In this document: positions 29,865 through 39,400 of the stretch, piece after piece
Numbering within the stretch: the first letter of the stretch is position 1
Layout of the letters: each line of letters opens with the position of its first letter
DNA from: Trichormus sp. ATA11-4-KO1
GTDB taxonomy: Bacteria > Cyanobacteriota > Cyanobacteriia > Cyanobacteriales > Nostocaceae
Assembly: GCA_019358915.1 (NCBI GenBank)
Contig: JAHHIM010000020.1
Span: 16,388 to 80,387, forward strand
Direction of reading: 5' to 3'
Length of the DNA: 64,000 nt
Position numbers and translations under genes: made by a program
Notes under the pieces: generated by a model
Told to the model about the DNA's origin: nothing
Databases searched by the model: none
What the model saw: only the letters and a program-made list of their open reading frames with translations

Positions 29865-30755
29865 ATGATTACTTCATCTTCAATAATTGACAAACACTAC
29901 AAACTTTCACATCAAGAATTTATTTCAAGTTATGTAAAGCCAGCAAAACCAGTCATCATTTCTGGATTAATTGAAAATTGGGATGCTTTTGGTAAATGGT
30001 CATTAGATTTTTTGCAAGAAAGTGCCCCAGAAATTAATATTTGTGCTAAGGAGTTTACTAACGGCACCATAAAAACTAACAATTTTACACTCAAAGAGTA
30101 TACAAAAATCATTAAAGAATTTGAAATAAAAAACAAATATCATGAAAATGTTGCATCACCTCCTTATTGCCATGATATTCCTCTGTTTAGCTTAGTTCCT
30201 CATCTCATTAGAGATGTTCAATTTCCCACAAATTATTTACCAAAATGGTATACAGAAAAATGGTGGCGCTATTGTCAATTTTTTATAGGAGCATCTAATA
30301 GCCTAACTCCATTACATTTTGATTGTCTTTTAACAAATAATCTTTTTTTCCAAATTGTTGGACGCAAAAAATTTACTATACTCACATATGAGGACAAAAA
30401 ATATTGTTATCGATATGATTGGCGATGGTTTAAGGTCAATCCAGAGAATCCTGATTTTGATAAGTATCCAAAATATAAAAATGCTAGACCAATTGAAATT
30501 ATTGTAAATCCTGGCGATATTTTATATATGCCTCCTGGTACTTTGCATCATGTAAGAAGTTTAGATATGTCAATTTCTTTTAATATTGATTGGCATACCA
30601 ACAGCAGCGTAATTAATAGTTTAACAGCTTGTTTAAAAGGGATGCCAATGCAAAACGTTTATTATAATTTTTTATTAACATTAGGCTTGGTTTTTCAAGT
30701 ACCTCCTCAAATAATTTTTAAATTTTACAAAACTTATCTAAATTATATTTCCTAA
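29865..30755 (+). CDS. JmjC/cupin-like Fe(II)/2-oxoglutarate oxygenase
   Basis: KPVIISG, TPLHFD (HxD), QIVGRKKF and PGDILYMPPGTLHHVRS. Confidence 0.85.
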   Translation: MITSSSIIDKHYKLSHQEFISSYVKPAKPVIISGLIENWDAFGKWSLDFLQESAPEINICAKEFTNGTIKTNNFTLKEYTKIIKEFEIKNKYHENVASPPYCHDIPLFSLVPHLIRDVQFPTNYLPKWYTEKWWRYCQFFIGASNSLTPLHFDCLLTNNLFFQIVGRKKFTILTYEDKKYCYRYDWRWFKVNPENPDFDKYPKYKNARPIEIIVNPGDILYMPPGTLHHVRSLDMSISFNIDWHTNSSVINSLTACLKGMPMQNVYYNFLLTLGLVFQVPPQIIFKFYKTYLNYIS

Positions 30756-30907
30756 TGTAAAACAGCTAAATTGTATATTTTAGTTGATATTAAAGCATAT
30801 TGCGATCGCTAAAAATGAAATGAGTGTTCAAATATAAAATAGTTTTTTGATAATTATTTGACACGATAAATTGACCAAGATTACAATTCACATAAAAAAG
30901 GTAACAA

Positions 30908-33900
30908 ATGACAATTAATCAGCAAATTCAAGATTTAATTACTCCTGAAGAGTTATTTTCACAAAAATTTTATTGGGTAAATCAGCTATCTGGAGAACTA
31001 CCAGAATCAAATTTCATCACAGATTTCATTAGACCTGCAATTTATCGAGGAAAGAATAAGTCTGTTGAGTTTAATTTACCAGATAAATTATCAGCATCTC
31101 TGATTAAGTTTACAAATCATTCTTATCTATCCATTTATTTATTGCTTGTCTCAGCGCTTGGTATATTGTTGCGAAAATATACTGGTAGTAATGATGTAAT
31201 TATTGGTTCGCCAACTTATCAGAATGCAGAAATTAACGAAAATACAAGTAATAAAATTTTACCTTTACGCTTGTATGTAGATAGTCAAGTTACCTTTAAA
31301 GATTTTCTGCTTCATGTTAAAGAAAAAATGGTTAGCGCCTATAGCCATCAAGATTATAATTTTGATGAATTAGTTAGCTTATTGGAAATACCAAAAACAC
31401 CAAACAGATGCCCAATTTTTGATATTGCAATTTTATTAGAAAACATTCACGAATATATTAACATAAATAATGATGTAACATTTGCTTTTAAAGTAACTGG
31501 AAACTCTATCCAAGGTCAGGTAAAATATGTCGATAGTCTTTTTCAAGAAACAACTATTAAGACTATTATTAAATATTACCTGAATATCCTGGAAGCTATT
31601 ATTTCTGATTGTTATACACAAATTGTCGATATTTCCTTCCTCAAAGCAGAAGATGAATATAAAATTCTATCAGCTTTTAACAATAATTTGCAAGCAGGAT
31701 ATCCCTTAAATCAGACTATCAACCAGTTATTTGAACAGCAGGTAGAGCAAACACCAAACCGCATAGCAGCAGTTTTTGGCAATCTTGAACTCACTTACCA
31801 AGAATTAAATCAAAAAGCCAATCAACTCGCTAGATTTTTACAGAATTTAGGAGTCAAACAAAGAGAATTCGTGGGAATTCTCAAAGAGCGAGATATTAAT
31901 TTTCTTATCGGCATACTTGCCATATATAAAGCTGGTGGAGCTTACGTACCAATTGATAGTACGTATCCCTCAGATAGAATCAAGTACATGGTATATAACA
32001 GCGAAGTGAAGATTCTTTTAACAGATTCTTCTTGCTTAAATATACTCATAAATTTACAAAAAGATTGTCCGCACCTACAATTCCTAGTCTGTTCAGATAT
32101 CAAACCTCAGGTAGCAAATTTCAATCAGTTAATAAATATTGACATATACGATCAAAGAGATTTTAAGAATTTACCACAAGAAAATTTAGAAATTATTAAT
32201 GTAGCCAGCGATCCGGCATATATGCTCTATACTTCGGGGTCAACTGGTTTACCTAAGGGGGCAATTGTTAGGCATGATGGTGCAATCAATCATATTTATG
32301 CTCAGTTTGATGCTTTAGAGTTGAATGAAGATTTTTGTTTTCTCCAAAGCGCTGCTGCTTCTACAGATATTTCTGTCTGGCAATTTCTAGCACCGCTATT
32401 AATTGGTGGAAAAACAGTCATAGTCGATATTGAAAGCGGTTTTGTACCTGAAAAGTTATTTAAAGTTCTTCAAGAACAAAGAATAACTGTTGTTGAATTA
32501 GTACCAGCAGTATTTGGCGGATTAATAGACTATATTTCTCAATTATTACCTCACCAAAGATTGTTACTTGATTTGAAGTGGATGATGGTAGTAGGAGAAC
32601 CAGTATCAGTTCAAAGGCTAAATCAATGGTTGAGGATTTATCCTTCCATCAAAGTAGCTGATGCTTACGGTCCAACTGAAGCTGCTGATGATATTACTCA
32701 GTACATTGTAGAAAAACCTTTACCAGAGAGCCAACGAACAGTTCCTATTGGTAAACCATTAGCAAACTTAAATATTTATATTCTTGACCCAAAACTCAAC
32801 TTATTACCAATTGGAGTTCCTGGGGAAATTTGTGTTGCAGGAATTGGAGTGGGTAATGGTTACTGGAAAAATGAAGAAAAAACAAATTTAAGCTTTGTTG
32901 CCAATCCTTTTCCCCACACTACTAAATTATTACCAGAAACTTACCGAGATTTAATTTATAAAACCGGAGATTTAGGAAGATGGTTACCTGATGGGAATAT
33001 TGAGTTTTTAGGACGTATTGATCATCAAGTAAAAATTCGTGGCTTTCGTGTTGAACTGGGAGAAATAGAGGCTCTACTAGCAAAGCATCCAGCAATCAGG
33101 GAGGCTGTAGTTATACTCAGGGAAGATATCCCTGGTGAAAAACGTTTGGTAGCTTATATGATTGTATCCAGCGACCAAATACCAACAAACGACCCAGCAG
33201 TTAGCAGTGAATTAATCCTAGAGCTACGCAATTCACTCAAAGAAAGATTGCCAGACTATATGATACCGTCAGCTTTCTTACTGCTGGAAGCATTTCCCCT
33301 GAGTCCTAGTGGCAAAATAGACCGTAAGGCATTACCAGTACCAGATTGGTCACAACGAAATTTAGCGCAGTCTTATATTGCACCCCGCACACCTACAGAG
33401 GAAATGATAGCTGGTATTTGGTCGCAGGTGCTTGGTGTTGAGCAAGTGGGTGTTGATGATAACTTTTTTGACCTGGGAGGACATTCCTTATTAGCAACTT
33501 TGGTTGTTTCCCAGTTGCGGAATGTATTCCACATAGAACTACCTTTGCGTAATATTTTTGACTTTCCCACAGTGGTAACCTTAGCAAAGTCTGTGGAGAT
33601 AATGAAGCAGTCACAGGAGCATCTCCAGTCACCGCCCATAGTACCCATCCCCCGGAATGGTAAGGAGCCACTGTCATTTGCACAACAACGGTTGTGGTTT
33701 ATCGACCAGTTAGAACCAAACAACCCTGCCTATAACCACTTTAATGCTGTACGTATTACAGGTGCGCTCAACATAGTTGCATTAAAACAGAGCCTCAATG
33801 AAATTATCAGACGACATGAAGCTTTGCGAACGAGTTTTCCGGCCGCAGATGGTCAACCAATTTGTGCGATCGCCCCAGCTTTGACCTTAGAACTACCTGT

Positions 33901-36034
33901 GGTAGAGTTGCAAGTATTGTCGGCAAATCAGCGAGAAGCAGAGGTGTTGCAGCTAGCTCAACAAGAAGCAGCACAACCGTTTGATTTAGCCCAGTCACCT
34001 TTGTTGCGAGCAAAATTGTTGAAGTTAGACGCAGCAGAGTATGTTTTACTCCTGACAATACACCATATTATTTTTGATGGCTGGTCTAGTGGGGTACTTA
34101 ACCAAGAAATAGTCACACTTTACGAAGCTTTTTCTTCTGGAAAGCCTTCACCCTTGGCAGAACTTTCTATCCAATATGCTGATTTTGCTTACTGGCAGCG
34201 ACAATGGTTGCAAGGTAAAACACTAGAAACCCAACTGTCCTACTGGCAAAAACAGTTAGCAGGTGCTTCTACAAGTTTGGATCTACACAAAATAGCCAGC
34301 AACTTCTCATCTACTGTCAAAATAGAGGCTACAGAGGCATCCTTCTTACTTTCCCCTGAGCTATCCGAACAAATCAAAAAACTCAGCCGCCAAGAGGGAG
34401 TCACACTGTTTATGACCCTACTGGCAATTTTTCAAATACTTTTATATCGCTACACAAATCAGGATGACATTATAGTTGGCACTGATGTCGCCAACCGCAA
34501 TCGAGCCGAAATTGAACCACTAATCGGTTTCTTTGTCAACTTGCTGGTTTTACGCACCGACTTATCTGGCAACCCTAGTTTTCAAGAACTGCTAGGGCGG
34601 GTGCGTGAAGTCACTTTGGGGGCTTATGCCCACCAAGACTTACCTTTTGCCAAGTTAGTAGAAGAATTACGTCCAGATAGAAATTCTAGTGCCACACCAC
34701 TATTTCAGGTGTTATTTGTTCTGCAAAATGTTCCTATGCCTACTGTAGAACTTTCAGACCTCACCCTCGCACCGATGGAGATTGATAACGGTCTAGCAAA
34801 GTTTGATTTAGCTTTATTTTTGGCAGAAACACCATCAGGAATTGTGGGGACTTGGAAGTATAATACCGATTTATTTAATGCTGCTACTATTACTCGCATC
34901 TCAGAGCATTTTGCCATTTTATTGCAGAGTATTGTTGCTCAACCTGATGCCAGAATTAACACTTTAGAAATGCTAACTGAAGTTGAAAAGAAACAACAAA
35001 TGATGGAACAAGCAAAACAAGAACAAAGCAAACTGAAAAAGTTTATGCAGGTTAAGCCTAAGGCGATGAAGTTGCCACAGGGACAACTAATCACCACCGA
35101 TTATCTACAGCCTGGTGAAACACTTCCCCTCGTGATTAAACCTGCTGTTGAGCAAATTGATCTGATTGACTGGGTGAAAAGTCACAAAGAATTAATTGAA
35201 TCAAAATTGTTATCTCATGGTGCTTTGCTGTTTAGAGGTTTTAATATTGATTCACCATCAGCATTTGAGAATTTAGCACAAGCTATTTGTCCACAGTTGT
35301 TTGGTGAGTATGGCGATTTACCACGCGAGGGAATAGGCGGGAAAGTTTACGGTTCTACCCCATATCCATCAGACCAAGCTATTTTATTTCACAACGAAAG
35401 TTCACATCTACACTGCTGGCCTTTAAAAATTTGGTTTTTCTGCTTGCAAAGTCCTCAAGTTGGTGGCGAAACACCTATAGTGGATTGTCGCAAAGTATAT
35501 CAGTTACTTGATCCGAAGTTGCGATCGCACTTTGAACAAAAGCAATTAATGTATGTTCGTAACTACATTCAAGGTTTGGATGTCAGCTGGCAAGAATTTT
35601 TCCATACAAGCGATCGCACAGTAGTTAAAAAATACTGTCATCAAGCTAAGATTGATTTTGAGTGGAAGGAAGAGGATCATTTTTTGACTCGGCAAGTACG
35701 GCCTGCTATAACCAAGCATCCTCAAACTGGTGAGTTAATCTTTTTCAACCAAATTCAGCTGCATCATGTATCTTGCTTAGAACCAGCCGTCAAAGACTCT
35801 TTGTTATCAACTTTTGGCGCAGAAAAACTGCCCCGAAATGTTTATTATGGCGATGGTTCTCCTATTGAAGATGCTGTAGTCGAGGAAATTTGCTCAGTTT
35901 ACGAGCAAGCCAAAGTGAGTTTTCCTTGGCAGCAAGGTGATGTGTTAATGCTGGATAATATGCTGACTGCACATGGTCGTAACCCTTATGTGGGGCCACG
36001 TAAAATTTTGGTGGCTATGGGTGAAATGCACTAA
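30908..36034 (+). CDS. NRPS (half C)-A(Dab-like)-T-C-TauD with a fused beta-hydroxylase
   Basis: Starts YWVNQLSGELP; A pocket DIWEMVADD; T GGHSL; C HHIIFDG; C-terminal TauD with YGDLP, HNESSH and DNMLTAHGR. Confidence 0.9.
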   Translation: MTINQQIQDLITPEELFSQKFYWVNQLSGELPESNFITDFIRPAIYRGKNKSVEFNLPDKLSASLIKFTNHSYLSIYLLLVSALGILLRKYTGSNDVIIGSPTYQNAEINENTSNKILPLRLYVDSQVTFKDFLLHVKEKMVSAYSHQDYNFDELVSLLEIPKTPNRCPIFDIAILLENIHEYININNDVTFAFKVTGNSIQGQVKYVDSLFQETTIKTIIKYYLNILEAIISDCYTQIVDISFLKAEDEYKILSAFNNNLQAGYPLNQTINQLFEQQVEQTPNRIAAVFGNLELTYQELNQKANQLARFLQNLGVKQREFVGILKERDINFLIGILAIYKAGGAYVPIDSTYPSDRIKYMVYNSEVKILLTDSSCLNILINLQKDCPHLQFLVCSDIKPQVANFNQLINIDIYDQRDFKNLPQENLEIINVASDPAYMLYTSGSTGLPKGAIVRHDGAINHIYAQFDALELNEDFCFLQSAAASTDISVWQFLAPLLIGGKTVIVDIESGFVPEKLFKVLQEQRITVVELVPAVFGGLIDYISQLLPHQRLLLDLKWMMVVGEPVSVQRLNQWLRIYPSIKVADAYGPTEAADDITQYIVEKPLPESQRTVPIGKPLANLNIYILDPKLNLLPIGVPGEICVAGIGVGNGYWKNEEKTNLSFVANPFPHTTKLLPETYRDLIYKTGDLGRWLPDGNIEFLGRIDHQVKIRGFRVELGEIEALLAKHPAIREAVVILREDIPGEKRLVAYMIVSSDQIPTNDPAVSSELILELRNSLKERLPDYMIPSAFLLLEAFPLSPSGKIDRKALPVPDWSQRNLAQSYIAPRTPTEEMIAGIWSQVLGVEQVGVDDNFFDLGGHSLLATLVVSQLRNVFHIELPLRNIFDFPTVVTLAKSVEIMKQSQEHLQSPPIVPIPRNGKEPLSFAQQRLWFIDQLEPNNPAYNHFNAVRITGALNIVALKQSLNEIIRRHEALRTSFPAADGQPICAIAPALTLELPVVELQVLSANQREAEVLQLAQQEAAQPFDLAQSPLLRAKLLKLDAAEYVLLLTIHHIIFDGWSSGVLNQEIVTLYEAFSSGKPSPLAELSIQYADFAYWQRQWLQGKTLETQLSYWQKQLAGASTSLDLHKIASNFSSTVKIEATEASFLLSPELSEQIKKLSRQEGVTLFMTLLAIFQILLYRYTNQDDIIVGTDVANRNRAEIEPLIGFFVNLLVLRTDLSGNPSFQELLGRVREVTLGAYAHQDLPFAKLVEELRPDRNSSATPLFQVLFVLQNVPMPTVELSDLTLAPMEIDNGLAKFDLALFLAETPSGIVGTWKYNTDLFNAATITRISEHFAILLQSIVAQPDARINTLEMLTEVEKKQQMMEQAKQEQSKLKKFMQVKPKAMKLPQGQLITTDYLQPGETLPLVIKPAVEQIDLIDWVKSHKELIESKLLSHGALLFRGFNIDSPSAFENLAQAICPQLFGEYGDLPREGIGGKVYGSTPYPSDQAILFHNESSHLHCWPLKIWFFCLQSPQVGGETPIVDCRKVYQLLDPKLRSHFEQKQLMYVRNYIQGLDVSWQEFFHTSDRTVVKKYCHQAKIDFEWKEEDHFLTRQVRPAITKHPQTGELIFFNQIQLHHVSCLEPAVKDSLLSTFGAEKLPRNVYYGDGSPIEDAVVEEICSVYEQAKVSFPWQQGDVLMLDNMLTAHGRNPYVGPRKILVAMGEMH

Positions 36035-36445
36035 GCACAAAATTTTCTTGAGAAATTATCGCAAAATTTATGATAATATATCTCAAATAATCCATAACAC
36101 TCATCTTGTACTTAGCCCTAGCCATGAGAAATCGTCGGCTATACAAACATCAAAACTTTGTGGCTTCCCGTAGGGTAGTCCATCCGCGCAGATAACGGAA
36201 AATTAAATCTTTTTTCCTTCCTACTTCCTCACTGACAAAGAAAACAACACTCAAAAACCTTACGCCATCAACCTCTGTATTACTGATTTCTCCGTGTTCT
36301 CTGAGTCTCTGTGGTTCATTTATTCTGTTGAGAACTCCGTTTAAGAGTCACCATTCATAACCAAATAAAAAACCTACACCTGTTAGCTTCCCACTCCCCA
36401 CTCCCCACCTACACAAAATAAATTCAAAAATCAAAGCAGATTACT

Positions 36446-39400
36446 ATGCAAGCTGAAACAATTGAGGGCTTTCGACTCTCTCCACAGCAAAAAAGTTTGT
36501 GGTTACTCCAACAAGATAGTGATGTTTATCGCGCCCAATGTAGCATTTTAATTGCAGGCAAAATTAAAATAGAAGTTCTGCAAGCAGCCTTACAGCAAAT
36601 TATCAATCAGCATGAAATTTTCCGGACTACATTTCATCGTCGTCCTGGCATAAAATTTCCTATTCAAGTAATAGCAGATAGTTGTAATATATCCTGGAAT
36701 AATATCAATCTCAGTGATTTAGCTGGGCAGGAACAACAAAATAAAATTGCAGAATTATTGCAGCAAGAGAAGTCTTATGTTTGTCAATTTGAGCAAAGTC
36801 CATTATTACGTTCTTGCCTGTTAACTTTATCAGAACAACAGTATCTTTTAATATTGACTTTGCCGTCATTGTGTGCAGATAGCTGGACAATCAAAAATTT
36901 AGTCAAAGAAATCAGCGATAATTATGCTGCACATTTAGATGGTAAAGAAATACCAGAGCCAGGAGTACAGTACATTCAATTTTCTGAATGGCAGAATGAA
37001 CTGATAGAAGCAGAAGAAGCAGAAACAGGAAAAAATTACTGGCAAGGACAAAATTTCGTCAACCAAATTCCTCATATACTGCCTTTCGAGAGTAAGTTTA
37101 TCGACACATTTGAGACTGATTGTTACTCTATCAATATAGATTCCAGTTTAGTGAAAAAGCTGGAAGCGATCGCTACTATAAATAAAACTACAATTAGTGA
37201 ATTATTACTAGCTTGTTGGCAAATATTATTCTACAGAATATTAAAACAATCAGATATTTTTGTAAGTACTGTTTTTCATGGCAGAAACTACGAAGAACTA
37301 CATACAATAATGGGTCTATTAGCTAAATGGCTACCAATTCGTTGTAGTTTTCAAGATAATTTTAAATTTAAGGAAATTTTATCGCAAACGAGCGAAACTC
37401 TACGCAATCACCATCAATACCAGGAATATTTTATTGGTGAAGAAGAAACAGAAACAACCGCCAAATTGCCAATAAGCTTTGAGTTTGAGGAACATCCAAG
37501 CACTTATTACAGCGATGGGGTTTCGTTTTCTCTTCATCAGCAGTATGTCTGTTTTGATAGATTCAAAATCAAGCTTTCCTGCATACGTACAGAAGCTTAT
37601 TTATGTGCAGAATTTCATTACGATACTAATTTATTTGTACAAGCAGATATTGCCAGATTAGCAGAACAATTTCTGACTTTAGTAGCAAGTGTAGCTAACA
37701 ATATAGAGTCTACAGTTAGTGAGTTAGAAATTCTCAGCGATCGCCAACGACAACAATTATTAATTGATTTCAATCAAACTCATATTAATCATCCAAAAGA
37801 TAAGTGTATTCATCATCTGTTTGAAGCACAGGTAGAGCAAACACCACACAACATTGCTGTTGTATTTCAAGAAGAACAACTAACATATATTGAACTGAAT
37901 AATCGCGCCAACCAATTAGCTCACTACCTACAAAAATTAGGAGTTGATACAGAAACACTAGTAGGTATTTATTTAGAGCGATCGCACCTCAACATTATTG
38001 CTCTTTTAGCTATTCTCAAAGCTGGTGCAGCTTACGTACCACTAGATCCAGCATTACCACCAGAAGCTTTAGAATTTCGGTTACAGGATGTGCAAGCGTC
38101 AGTTTTATTAACCCAAGATTCACTAGTTCAACAACTTTCGGAAACTGCTGTACAAGTCATTTGCTTAGATAAAAACTGGGAAGTAATTACCCAAGAAAAT
38201 CAAAGTAATCCTCAAACTTTGGTAAAACCAGAAAATTTAGTTTATGCTATTTTCACCTCTGGTTCTACAGGTAAACCCAAAGCAGTTGGCGTTGAACATC
38301 AGCAACTCCTCAATTACTTATACGGTGTTGTAGATAGACTCGACTTGCCAAAAGGCGGAAGCTTCGCTACTGTTTCCACATTTGCGGCTGACTTGGGTAA
38401 CACAGTCATCTTCGCAGCGTTGTGTCACGGTGGATGTCTGCATATCTTATCTCAAGAGCAAGCATCAGATCCCCAAGCACTAGCAGATTACTTCCAACAG
38501 CATCCCATCGACTGCTTAAAGATTGTTCCCTCTCACTTAGCTGCTTTAATAGCATCCTCTCCTCCTCAGACTCTCCTCCCTCGTCAGTGTCTAATTTTGG
38601 GTGGAGAAGTCAGCAGTTGGGATTTAATTGAGAAAATTCAAGCACAAGCACCAAAATGTCAGATTTTTAACCATTATGGCCCGACAGAAACAACTGTAGG
38701 AGTGCTAACTTACCCAGTTTACAGCCGAAAATATAGCCATAATTCACACACAGTACCTCTGGGTAAACCCTTAGCTAATACCCAAGTTTACGTACTAGAC
38801 ACACAGCTACGTCCCGTACCCATAGGCGTACCAGGCGAACTTTATATTGGTGGCGCGTCACTCAGTAGAGGTTACCTCAATCGACCGGAACTAACAACCG
38901 AGAGGTTTATTCAAAATCCTTTCATACCCGAAGCAAAATTATACAAAACCGGAGACTTAGTACGTTACTTGCCAGATGGAAATCTAGAATTTCTCGGAAG
39001 AAGTGACAACCAAGTGAAAATTCGTGGCTTCCGTATTGAATTAGGGGAAATTGAAGCTACCTTGAGACAGCATCCTAGTGTACAGGAAGTTGTAGTCCTA
39101 GCAACACAGGAAAAACTTGGTGATCAGCGTTTAGTAGCGTATATAGTTGTCAATTCTCCATCAGGACTCACCAACCAAAAACTTGAATCTGCACTCCCAG
39201 GGGAACTACGCAATTTCTGTTTGCAAAAGCTAACTGAGTATATGTTACCTTCAGCTTTTGTTTTCTTGAAAACACTGCCATTAACACCCAATGGTAAGAT
39301 AGACCGTCAAGCCTTGCTAGCCATTGAACACACTCGTCCTCAGCTAGCACAGACTTATGTAGCACCACGTACTCCCACAGAAAAGCAGTTGGCTGAGATT

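Noticed and set aside
35973..36173. 66-aa ORF overlapping the NRPS end
   Set aside because: Out-of-frame overlap running into intergenic repeats; no motifs.
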